A stretch of 64,000 nucleotides of DNA from an uncultured virus (IMG/VR IMGVR_UViG_3300032250_000289) (taxonomy: Duplodnaviria > Heunggongvirae > Uroviricota > Caudoviricetes). This document shows positions 37,201-46,242 of the stretch, piece by piece; position 1 is the first letter of the stretch, and each line of letters begins with the position of its first letter. A program made the translations under genes and the position numbers. The stretch lies in IMG/VR virus record IMGVR_UViG_3300032250_000289, one strand, 5' to 3'. The notes below the pieces were generated by a model. That model searched no databases, had not been told where the DNA came from, and saw nothing but the letters and a program-made list of their open reading frames with translations.

Positions 37201-37682
37201 TATATTCTCTTCCAGAAACAGGCGAAGTATCTATTTTGTTTTAATCCTAGTGGAATGTGTTCTCCCACTCTTTCAAATCTCATCTCTTTGTAGTCTTTGA
37301 TATCTTTGTGTACTATAAGGGCTTTTGCTCTTAAAACTGTTGGTAAGTCTGACATAAAACCAATAGTTTGAATAGCACTGTCGGGAATTTTAATAGAGTC
37401 AGTCGCGCCAATCCACTGTTTAGTATCCCAATACACCTTTAACTTTATGTCCGTAAGGACTTCAGTTTCTTTAATAGTTTTAGTGCCGCGATCATGTGTA
37501 CCATTCACTCTTCGGTTGGCATTAATAGAGTTGACTTCTGGAATATTATTATTAGGGGAGTAGATTATTTCTTCCACTTTATTTATAGATACCAACTGAC
37601 AAGTAACACCAAAAATATCGAAGGTGGAATCGATAACATCATAGTATTTATCGAAAACACTTTGTGGGATATTAATTGGCAT
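37200..37682 (-). CDS. putative head closure protein
   Basis: 160-aa beta-rich ORF in the head-tail joining position. Confidence 0.45.
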   Translation of the reverse strand: MPINIPQSVFDKYYDVIDSTFDIFGVTCQLVSINKVEEIIYSPNNNIPEVNSINANRRVNGTHDRGTKTIKETEVLTDIKLKVYWDTKQWIGATDSIKIPDSAIQTIGFMSDLPTVLRAKALIVHKDIKDYKEMRFERVGEHIPLGLKQNRYFACFWKRI

Positions 37683-38196
37683 CGGGATTTTCCACGGAGT
37701 TTAGTTTGGCTTTTATGTCGTTACAAACTTTGGTGAATGATACTCTAGTTTGATTGTAGTCGAATACTAATTTGTTAAACTGAGATAAGGTTATACTGTG
37801 GATATTATTGCCAACATCTAACACGTTGATCATTGAGTCCGGTGGTAAGTTAGCTTCTTTGGCCGATAATAGTGTTGAGTTGAGTTCAGATGATTTAACG
37901 TCACTCATGCTTAATCTAAATCCAAGCGAACTTTCGCAACCCATATTTATAACATTGTCTATAAATTCTAAAGAGTATTGTGATATTTGAATATTTGATT
38001 TATTTTTAGAATACCAATCAGCTTCTTCGTGGTGTTCATTTAAATAATTCTCTAGATCGCCCTCAAGATTAAATAGTTTAACACTATTATTGGTTTCTAT
38101 TTGAGAGCAAAAATCTAACGTTCCAAATGATAATATTTCACTATCGTTTTCAATAGAGTAGTATAAGCATTCTGATGTATAGTTATAATATTTCAT
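37672..38196 (-). CDS. putative fibre assembly chaperone (DUF4376-like C-terminus)
   Basis: Coupled to the upstream fibre gene; LDVGNNIHSITLSQFNKL...IKAKLNS resembles phage fibre-associated helical domains. Confidence 0.4.
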   Translation of the reverse strand: MKYYNYTSECLYYSIENDSEILSFGTLDFCSQIETNNSVKLFNLEGDLENYLNEHHEEADWYSKNKSNIQISQYSLEFIDNVINMGCESSLGFRLSMSDVKSSELNSTLLSAKEANLPPDSMINVLDVGNNIHSITLSQFNKLVFDYNQTRVSFTKVCNDIKAKLNSVENPDAN

Positions 38197-41100
38197 TATG
38201 TAGTAGCTCCAAGGTCACTAATTGTCCATCCTCTTGATAGCATTGTGTTTCTAGCAGCAACAACGCTACTGGTATTTGAGTAAAATCCTCTAACAAATGA
38301 ACTAACATTAGTTTGAGAAGCGTTGTCTGATAAAGTTCTTAGTAAATTATTATAGAACTGTGTTGGATAAATAGAACTTGAATCCGTTTGTAAAAATCCT
38401 GTCATATCACTAACATTTGAAAAATTCCAATTATAGACCGGACCAGCAAATCGTGTACCATAAAACATACGTCTCATGTTGATGATAGATGATGTATTTA
38501 ATGAAGAACTTAATGCTGGCCACTGTGTTAAGAAATAACAGTTCTCAAAACAGCTTGTCAGATTATTATCATCTGGTAAAATTGGGAGGTCGGAAGCGGT
38601 AACTGGAATATAACTAGAAAGATCAGGAGTGCCAAGAAAAGAAAACGCAAAGTGAGCGCCACCATCTGCTAATTTAAATTTATTTCCACATCGTTTTATG
38701 TCTCTAAGGGTTACACAGTAGTTTGAAGAAATTCCACTGAGCGAAAAAGTAAAATAACTTCCAGTTCTAACCCTTATTCTAACGTTATAGTTACCCAGTG
38801 AGTACCCATGAGTCTCGCCGACACCGGTTGAAGAGTTATATACGCTACCAGTTCCATCTCCCCAATTAATTTCTAGAACAACATCAGACATATTTCTTAG
38901 CATCTGTCTTAGCGGAAGGGATGTAAAATTTGCATTTTCAATAATAAAAGTAAATATTGTTGTGTTTTGATCGCCCCAATCGACCATGCTCCAACTCTTG
39001 GTATTAATTAAATAATTACGACCAGCAACAGCGCTACTATTAGTACTATCAAACTCAGCATTTATTGTAAATGTTACATTTGATTGTGAAGATTTTCCAC
39101 TATTTCCCCAAGCTATAAGTAGGTTGTGATAGTTAGTCTGATTCATACCGGAGAGATAGAAAATTTTGCTCATATTAGTGACTAATGCTATGTTAAGACT
39201 AGCAACATTTTGGTTAAAAGCTGTTGCGCCACTAAACATACTAGCCATAGTTGTAACTTTGCTAGTATCCCACGAAGTAATGTTTCTATTAAAACTGCTT
39301 GCTCCATTAAACATGCTGCTCATATTGGTAACGTTGCCAACATTCCAAGATGTTATATCAGCATTAAAAGCGGCTGCGTTATTAAACATATTTGTCATAT
39401 TCGTAACGCTGCTCACATTCCAAGTCGAGATATCATCATTAAATACTGTGCAGTTAGTAAACATATATGACATTTTTGTAACACTAGAAACGTTTAACGA
39501 GGATAAACTTCCAGTTAAAGATGAGCATCCTTCAAACATGCTAGAACAGTCGGTTGGCAATGTTGGAGAATCTGTAGCTGTAATAGATGTTAGATTAGCG
39601 CACCCAGCAAAAGAACCGTTACTAGCACTAAGATTTAATGGACCCCAATTACTAATAGTGAGTATTTTTAATTTATCCCCAGCATTATTAAATTCCCAGC
39701 CGTTAATAGTTCCAGTAATTGTTATAGTTCTAACGGCATTATTTGGATATGTGTGCGATCTTTGACTATATGAAGTTATTGTAGACGTTGTTCCATCGCC
39801 CCAATTTACTGTAAAGTTATATGTTCCATCTATTTTTAGTGGCAGTGAAATTTGAAAATTGGGTGATGATGCACCTAATTGTACTGGACTCCAAGTTGAA
39901 ATAAAAGAACTTGTTAAAGCAAAACTTAATGGTGTACTATATGAACCAGTTCCATAAACATTCTTAGCAGCAACTCTGAAAACATAATTATTAGTACTTA
40001 GCCCTGTTAGTGTGGCTGTTCTGGTTGTGCTAACACCGTCCGAGAATGTTACATAAGAACCATCACCCTGTGATGATAGCTTATACTGAACAACATAATC
40101 TGTTAGGACTGATCCACCATTACTAGCAGGGGTGTCCCAGCTTAACTGTACCGATGTATTATTGAGAGCAACCGCTGTAAGATTAAGTGGCGCACTTGGT
40201 AGATCAGCAGTTGTTAATGTTAAAATATCAGAAGGTACACCAGAACCAGCATTTGTTAAGGCGTGAACTTTAAAGTTATATTGGGTACTTGTATTTAGTC
40301 CAGTAACGCTTCCCGTGGTTGTATTGCCAGCTATAACTCTGAAATTTGTAAATGATGCGTCTGTACTAGCCTTATTAAACAAGTAGTAACCGCTTATTGA
40401 ACCGCCAGTTCCACCAGTATCTGATGGTGCTGTCCAAGTAAACGTTGCTGTATCTGATGCTATAGATTCTAGTGCAAAATTTCTTGGTGCGCTTGGAAGT
40501 CCTAATGTTTTTACCAATACTGTTGAGGTTGAACTATAGGGTCCAGATCCAATGCTACTAAGCGCCGCTGCTCTAACGGTATAGGTTGTACCGTTTGGTA
40601 AATCTAGAAAGTTTCCAGAAACGCCATCTGGTCCAGTTAATGTTAAACTATTGCTATATGAGAAAATTTTCTCAAATGATGAACCACCAGCTTTTGTAAA
40701 CTCAACCTTATACCCTGTTAATGAAGCTCCACCATTATCTAGAGTGTATGGTGATAATTGAATAGTATTTATTGATGGTGAAGAAATACTATTAATAGTT
40801 GTAAAACCGGGGATTGTGGCGGCTGGAGTGGCTGTTGCTGTTGAGCTATAATCACCATTAGTAATTGCATCAACGGCAGCAACTCTAAAGGTATACAGTG
40901 TACCGTTTGTTAATCCGGTAACAACCGTGGAAGAGCTAGTATCTTTATCACCAAAAGTTGAGAAATTACCAGCACCAGCACCACTATATTGAACTATATA
41001 GTCAATAATATTTAGCCCATCATTTGGAGGAGTCCAAGATAAATTGACTTTGCTATTTGCTGACGTTGCTACTAAATTTGTAGGAGCATTTGGTGGATTA

Positions 41101-43040
41101 TATTGCCCTACAATGGGAGCAAATGAATTACCTAAGTCTATTCTTCTCCAGCCACTGCTCGGAGTTTTAGCATATAAGTACTGATCGTTTACGAATAATT
41201 CGCCAACATCTCCAGCGTCGGCACTATTTAATATTGTTCTGGTTGTTGTCCATTGATTGATGGGTGTTTTCTGCCAATTATTTGTAGACGTACAAACGTA
41301 CATAAACTTACTATCCCAACAAATATCTCCAGTGTCGCCGGGAGCATTTCCGCTTGTTGGTGTTTTACTAGTTCTTAATCTAACAGAGTCGCTATTAATA
41401 TCTAATTTTTTGGTGGGAGTAATAGTTCCCAACCCAAGATTGCCACCTAGATAGTTATTAAATGTATTAGATTGATATATACCCCAATGATTCGTAGCGT
41501 TATCCCCACTACCACCAATTAGTATGTCGTAAGCCCTATTAATGATTCCACTTGTTGCGAGAGCGGATATGTTTAATCCTACAGCAAAGTCTGTTGTTGG
41601 ATTTTGCGCTCTAGAATCTGCATGGCCATAAGAAATGGTCATGCCATATAGACCGCTTAAACTGCCCGAGTCATCTGTGAAAAGATTTCTTAAATTTAAA
41701 ATTTGAGCGCCGAAACTTGCTCCAGAATTAACTATACCATTATTTACTAAAGAATTTACAATGGTATAAGAGCCAACGGATGAGCGGTTTGAATTAGCAG
41801 TAATATTATTTCTAGAATCAACTATTAGTCCATATGCATTCTGGTCATTTTCATTTTTAGATATTGATAGTGAACAATCACTTCTAGGCACATAATTGAT
41901 ACCAACAACGCCACTAAGCTGAGTATTTGCTGGTGAGTATACTACAATATTTTGTGTTTTGTTTTGGAAGTAGCCCGATATAGCCGTATCGTTTGCTCTT
42001 AAAACTCCAGAAGATTCAAGAGTGATTTGTCTTAATACTCCAGAAACATCATTGATCTTAGTATTCAAAACTCCAGAAGCTGATGAGGCTACTATTAAAT
42101 CATTGCGAAACACACCAGAGACACTATTAATTTTATTATTTAGTGAGCCAGACGCTGATGTTAATAAAGTATTTGTGGCATAAATACTACTAAGATTTGG
42201 AATATCTTCAAGTGTTAATATTCTGAATGATGGATAAGCTGGTGAGCAAGGTGGTGTGCAACCACTTGGGGGTCCAGCAAATACCATGCCAGCGCCCTGT
42301 TGTTTAAGTAATATAAACTGGTTAACAACGCCGCTTAATTGTAGGATAGCATTTGAACCAGTAAGCTGACCAATTAAAGAGTTGTCATAAGCATACTGAT
42401 CAAGCTGGTTTGGTTCAAAGTGTGTTAACTGTCTACCGCCCACATAAGATGAATCATTATTATTCTGAGGTGGGAAATAAACTCCAGACCTACCGATAAC
42501 AATTCCAGATGAACGAACAATAGACTGTGCGCTCATTCCACCAATATCAATAGCATACTGGGGATTACTTGATCGAATACCAATTCTGCTGTTAGTTGGA
42601 TCAACTACTAAGTTTGAATTATAATTTAACATATTGGGAGAACCCCAAAATGCTAATCCGTTTGTTTGTGGAGTATTGTATCCGCTAACACCAGAACCAG
42701 TATAAACAGCATGTGTAGCTGGATATGTAACATAAACTTCTTTTGTGCCTTCACCAAAGTTAACTAATCCATTATTATTACTACTTCTAACTGGAAATCG
42801 CTTTAATTCATTGGTGGTGATTCCATCGCCAAGATCATAGCTAGCACTTCTATAAATACCGGAACCAATTTCATAATTAACTCCATCAGTAACAGCATAA
42901 AATAAAGAGTCGTTATGTTGATAGACTGAACCAAAAGAACTAAATCCCCCAACCGATCCAGACAACGATAAGTTGCCCGTACCCATTGTATAACTGAGTT
43001 CTTTGATTCTATCTGATAGAATAATTATGTTATTTGCCAT
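38196..43040 (-). CDS. fibre/adhesin with fibronectin type III repeats and DUF285 (BspA-like) repeats
   Basis: N-terminal LSDRIKE...GTG fibre anchor; four FN3 units (PNAPTNL...LSW.PP...Y.VQY...GL.NGT.YTFRVAA); VNWGDG motifs; WNVSSVTNMTNMF/FN.DI.SW DUF285 repeats. Confidence 0.85.
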   Translation of the reverse strand: MANNIIILSDRIKELSYTMGTGNLSLSGSVGGFSSFGSVYQHNDSLFYAVTDGVNYEIGSGIYRSASYDLGDGITTNELKRFPVRSSNNNGLVNFGEGTKEVYVTYPATHAVYTGSGVSGYNTPQTNGLAFWGSPNMLNYNSNLVVDPTNSRIGIRSSNPQYAIDIGGMSAQSIVRSSGIVIGRSGVYFPPQNNNDSSYVGGRQLTHFEPNQLDQYAYDNSLIGQLTGSNAILQLSGVVNQFILLKQQGAGMVFAGPPSGCTPPCSPAYPSFRILTLEDIPNLSSIYATNTLLTSASGSLNNKINSVSGVFRNDLIVASSASGVLNTKINDVSGVLRQITLESSGVLRANDTAISGYFQNKTQNIVVYSPANTQLSGVVGINYVPRSDCSLSISKNENDQNAYGLIVDSRNNITANSNRSSVGSYTIVNSLVNNGIVNSGASFGAQILNLRNLFTDDSGSLSGLYGMTISYGHADSRAQNPTTDFAVGLNISALATSGIINRAYDILIGGSGDNATNHWGIYQSNTFNNYLGGNLGLGTITPTKKLDINSDSVRLRTSKTPTSGNAPGDTGDICWDSKFMYVCTSTNNWQKTPINQWTTTRTILNSADAGDVGELFVNDQYLYAKTPSSGWRRIDLGNSFAPIVGQYNPPNAPTNLVATSANSKVNLSWTPPNDGLNIIDYIVQYSGAGAGNFSTFGDKDTSSSTVVTGLTNGTLYTFRVAAVDAITNGDYSSTATATPAATIPGFTTINSISSPSINTIQLSPYTLDNGGASLTGYKVEFTKAGGSSFEKIFSYSNSLTLTGPDGVSGNFLDLPNGTTYTVRAAALSSIGSGPYSSTSTVLVKTLGLPSAPRNFALESIASDTATFTWTAPSDTGGTGGSISGYYLFNKASTDASFTNFRVIAGNTTTGSVTGLNTSTQYNFKVHALTNAGSGVPSDILTLTTADLPSAPLNLTAVALNNTSVQLSWDTPASNGGSVLTDYVVQYKLSSQGDGSYVTFSDGVSTTRTATLTGLSTNNYVFRVAAKNVYGTGSYSTPLSFALTSSFISTWSPVQLGASSPNFQISLPLKIDGTYNFTVNWGDGTTSTITSYSQRSHTYPNNAVRTITITGTINGWEFNNAGDKLKILTISNWGPLNLSASNGSFAGCANLTSITATDSPTLPTDCSSMFEGCSSLTGSLSSLNVSSVTKMSYMFTNCTVFNDDISTWNVSSVTNMTNMFNNAAAFNADITSWNVGNVTNMSSMFNGASSFNRNITSWDTSKVTTMASMFSGATAFNQNVASLNIALVTNMSKIFYLSGMNQTNYHNLLIAWGNSGKSSQSNVTFTINAEFDSTNSSAVAGRNYLINTKSWSMVDWGDQNTTIFTFIIENANFTSLPLRQMLRNMSDVVLEINWGDGTGSVYNSSTGVGETHGYSLGNYNVRIRVRTGSYFTFSLSGISSNYCVTLRDIKRCGNKFKLADGGAHFAFSFLGTPDLSSYIPVTASDLPILPDDNNLTSCFENCYFLTQWPALSSSLNTSSIINMRRMFYGTRFAGPVYNWNFSNVSDMTGFLQTDSSSIYPTQFYNNLLRTLSDNASQTNVSSFVRGFYSNTSSVVAARNTMLSRGWTISDLGATT

Positions 43041-43058
43041 TTTTTATTTCTCCAACGA

Positions 43059-43991
43059 TTAGCTGATGATTGGGGCGATGCCAGTAGTTGTGCCAAACTC
43101 TCTTCCGAATACTACCAAATCATTAATCTTGGCATCTGTATATTTACCTTCGCCGTTTAATACATAATATGTTATTGATCTTAGTGCTGACGCATCATCG
43201 CCAATCCTATAAACCAATCCAACAGTATTATGGTCGAAGTCTTCACCGGTATCTGATGTGGATCTAGAATTACTAAATCCAATTGCTGTATAGTTATTGC
43301 TTGCTAATGTGCCAGAAGCGAAAACAATCTTATGCTTACCAACGCCTATTTTTTGAATAGCGTAAATATTGTACGAATCATTTACTACTGTTGGGTTACC
43401 ACTACTTGAACTAAAATTAATCCAAGCTTTAGCAACACTCTTGCCAGTACTTAGATTAGAATTATCCACATCAAACGTTACTTTTGTTCCAGTTCCAACG
43501 TGAACAATTTCTCTATTTGTGCTGGGAGTATGAGTAAACTGTAAACCGCGATTGTCACTATTACCAACAGAATTACCGCTAGAATTAATCCAATTATTTT
43601 TAGTGCCTAGATTATTCTGCATAACTCTAGCGCCATCAGTAGGCATATACTGAGTGTGCGGATCGCCAGCCGTGAGAGAACTTAATTGATTATGGTTGAT
43701 ATTAAATGGGCCGGGATATGCCACATACTGAGTACCGCCACCGTTTGGAAAATTAATTCCAGATTCAGCAATAAACATTCCATAAGAACCATTAGTAATC
43801 TTGGCTCTTACATTGCTGCCGGTGAATGGGGTTGTTGCGTCAAAATTTCCGCTAGCAACTAGCTGGTTAACTGAGTCAACAATATCCTCCATGTTATGTC
43901 TAACATGATATGCTGAAATTAATCCAGCATTATTGTCTGAAAGTTCAGACTGAATGTTATTGACTAGTGTGGACTTTGGTAATACTGGCAT
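43059..43991 (-). CDS. putative short fibre protein
   Basis: HNQLSSL..GDPHTQY motif and C-terminal AKAWINF...SYNI..I...G.G domain found in phage fibres. Confidence 0.55.
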   Translation of the reverse strand: MPVLPKSTLVNNIQSELSDNNAGLISAYHVRHNMEDIVDSVNQLVASGNFDATTPFTGSNVRAKITNGSYGMFIAESGINFPNGGGTQYVAYPGPFNINHNQLSSLTAGDPHTQYMPTDGARVMQNNLGTKNNWINSSGNSVGNSDNRGLQFTHTPSTNREIVHVGTGTKVTFDVDNSNLSTGKSVAKAWINFSSSSGNPTVVNDSYNIYAIQKIGVGKHKIVFASGTLASNNYTAIGFSNSRSTSDTGEDFDHNTVGLVYRIGDDASALRSITYYVLNGEGKYTDAKINDLVVFGREFGTTTGIAPIIS

Positions 43992-44003
43992 ATTTTCCTC
44001 CGA

Positions 44004-44525
44004 TTAATATCTAAAATAACCGCCTCTAGAGTCGTAATCATTATGAGTTCTGGTAATATATTCACTAGCTGGAGAGTACGGACCAAGAACAGCTTGACCG
44101 GCAATACTGCCGCCAGAACGATAATCCAATAACATTTTGGTATATTTGTCCGTAATGTCTTTATATAGAGCGAGAAGAACTGAGGAAACTCCACGTAAAT
44201 CTATAGACGATGGGCCGTCTTTAATAGAAATAGCATTGGAGGATTCTGTTCTAACCTCGCTACCAATAATGATCATTGCGGTTTTTAGAGATACTAGATT
44301 GATAAAAGCATTATCTTTTGTGAGTGGATCCGTGGGGTCTGGAGATAAATAAGACTGTTCAATATTGATTGAGTATGCGTTATTTAAATCCACCTCCAAG
44401 GACACCATTTGCGCTCCAACAAGAATAGATGTTTCTAGCCTACTTGCATTGTATTTATAATTATCTTGGTCTAGATCGTTAACTAGATGCCTTACTATGA
44501 TGGATAACTCACCTTGCCAAGACAT
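44004..44525 (-). CDS. putative head-tail adaptor
   Basis: IVRHLVND....Y....L helical N-terminus and ISIKDGPSSID hairpin resembling adaptor proteins. Confidence 0.5.
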   Translation of the reverse strand: MSWQGELSIIVRHLVNDLDQDNYKYNASRLETSILVGAQMVSLEVDLNNAYSINIEQSYLSPDPTDPLTKDNAFINLVSLKTAMIIIGSEVRTESSNAISIKDGPSSIDLRGVSSVLLALYKDITDKYTKMLLDYRSGGSIAGQAVLGPYSPASEYITRTHNDYDSRGGYFRY

Positions 44526-44534
44526 AAAATACCT

Positions 44535-44834
44535 TTATATGTTGTTTAAGACTTGGAAAGTGTAAATATTGGAACGATAACTTCCGCTAGCTAGCCCAAT
44601 TGTTGCCTGTAACTTATAATATCCAGCTTGATTTAAATCACCAGATTTTGAATCGTAATAAATTTTACCATCCAAACCATCAGTCATTAATGTTCCACTG
44701 CCAGTAATTACTGAATTATCTGGCTTTTTAATGCTTAACATCCTAGTGGAACTAGAAACGTCTAAAATTTGGCCATTATTTTGCACATTGATGATAAATC
44801 TAGTTCCAATATCATTAACATGAATTTCAGACAT
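44535..44834 (-). CDS. BppU N-terminal-like beta-sandwich protein
   Basis: NDIGT.F...IKKPD...DGKIYY....GDLNQAG.YKLQ pattern. Confidence 0.6.
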   Translation of the reverse strand: MSEIHVNDIGTRFIINVQNNGQILDVSSSTRMLSIKKPDNSVITGSGTLMTDGLDGKIYYDSKSGDLNQAGYYKLQATIGLASGSYRSNIYTFQVLNNI

Positions 44835-44864
44835 ATTTCACCAATGGCTAGTTTATAGTATCTT

Positions 44865-44880
44865 CTAGATGATTATACAC
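44865..44880 (-). promoter_or_regulatory. GTGTATW-N6-TAG motif copy (candidate late promoter)
   Basis: Minus strand GTGTATAATCATCTAG, intergenic, about 30 nt before ATG 44834. Confidence 0.7.
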
Positions 44881-44920
44881 CGAATTTATTAATTGTGCGG
44901 GTCTAAAGCTAACCACGAAA

Positions 44921-45523
44921 TTAGGCTATATTATCCAGTTCCTCATCATTTACTGGAACTGGTTCATTTGCTAATAGTTTGCGAGATTTCTTGATCGCCC
45001 TATTCACCATAATTTTACCCAAAGCGTCAATAAATGGTAAATTTCTACGATTTGTTTCTTCTCGTAGCCAACCAACAACAATATCTATATTCTCAGCACA
45101 CCAATCGTTTCCTTTTTCGTTCATTTCTAGGGCGTGGCGCTTACAAGAGCAGTTGTCAGACATAGTAAATCCTAAACTTTTAATCATTTTTGATAATACA
45201 GTACCGGGATGGTTTGGGGTTTCTTCTAGCGTTTTTGGAAATAATGATCTTAATGCGGATGCTGGATTTTCACCTAATAATTCTGTTATTTTACTTTCAG
45301 CTTGAGATTGTGTCCAATCTCCTACGCTGTCATACTCATCTCCAGACCAGAGTATTAAGGGGTTTGGAATGCCAATAATTGTTGCGTATACAGTTTTAAC
45401 TTTCGTGTTGTCTGTAAAGACTAAATCTAAATTATCAAAATTAATAGGGTTTGGGTGATTAATTCTTCCGCTATTATCTGTAAATGGAGGCGGTGTTATA
45501 GTGATAGTGTTATTTAGTTTCAT
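44921..45523 (-). CDS. hypothetical protein with CSC...WC motif (tandem paralog A)
   Basis: PGTVLSKMI...CSCKRHALEMNEKGNDWC; AAGGA RBS; colinear with 45602-46222. Confidence 0.75.
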   Translation of the reverse strand: MKLNNTITITPPPFTDNSGRINHPNPINFDNLDLVFTDNTKVKTVYATIIGIPNPLILWSGDEYDSVGDWTQSQAESKITELLGENPASALRSLFPKTLEETPNHPGTVLSKMIKSLGFTMSDNCSCKRHALEMNEKGNDWCAENIDIVVGWLREETNRRNLPFIDALGKIMVNRAIKKSRKLLANEPVPVNDEELDNIA

Positions 45524-45559
45524 GTTTAATTCCTTTGAGTTATGATTATCCTATAGACT

Positions 45560-45589
45560 ATTATAGTATTGGTCTACGATTACTTGCAA
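45560..45589 (-). promoter_or_regulatory. candidate sigma70-type promoter
   Basis: Minus strand TTGCAA-N18-TATAAT, intergenic, about 36 nt before ATG 45523. Confidence 0.4.
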
Positions 45590-45601
45590 CTGGTTTTGTT
45601 T

Positions 45602-46222
45602 TTAAGAATTTTTGAACGGTCCAAATAAATTATCTAGTTCTTCGTCATTTGCTGGTACGGATTCATTTGCTAGTAATCTTCTGGATTTTTTAATAGCTCT
45701 ATTTACTAAAATAGAAAAAGAATTATCAACTATAAGCATTCTTCTGTTTGTGCTTTCCAGCTTAATAGCATCAATTATATATTGAATATTTTGAGCGCAC
45801 CAATCATTTCCCTTGCTATTCATTTCAAGTAAAATCTTTTTGCACGAACAGCTATCTGAGATTGCAAATCCAAAAACTTGCACCATATACGCCAAGACTG
45901 TGCCGGGGAGTTTTGGTGTTTCTGCTAGGGTTTTGTGGAATAGTGATCGTAACACTAATTCTGGATTTTCTCCTAATATCTCTGTTAATTTTTCCTCCGC
46001 TTGGGCCTGTGTCCAATCCCCAATATTTATGTATTCTTCCCCAGACCACAAAGTGATTGGCATAGGGATATTATTTATTTTAACGCTTATAGTCTTATCT
46101 TGCACATTATCTGTAAATGTTAAGAATAGTTCGTTTAAGACTACTGGACTCTGGGTTACTGTTTCACCAATAACGCTGATAACGGGCGGCGGATTAACTG
46201 TAATAGTTTGATTAAGTTTCAT
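45602..46222 (-). CDS. hypothetical protein with CSC...WC motif (tandem paralog B)
   Basis: Start moved to the second Met (MKLNQTIT, matching paralog MKLNNTIT; AAGGGA upstream); CSCKKILLEMNSKGNDWC. Confidence 0.75.
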   Translation of the reverse strand: MKLNQTITVNPPPVISVIGETVTQSPVVLNELFLTFTDNVQDKTISVKINNIPMPITLWSGEEYINIGDWTQAQAEEKLTEILGENPELVLRSLFHKTLAETPKLPGTVLAYMVQVFGFAISDSCSCKKILLEMNSKGNDWCAQNIQYIIDAIKLESTNRRMLIVDNSFSILVNRAIKKSRRLLANESVPANDEELDNLFGPFKNS

Positions 46223-46242
46223 TGTATTTTTCCCTTTTTTAT

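Noticed and set aside
25693..37682. Contractile tail sheath or baseplate wedge genes
   Set aside because: No ORF with recognisable sheath or baseplate J motifs next to the tail tube gene.
38196..43040. Diversity-generating retroelement targeting a fibre gene
   Set aside because: No reverse transcriptase in the window, and I saw no near-identical repeat pair differing at adenines; a locus elsewhere in the genome cannot be excluded.
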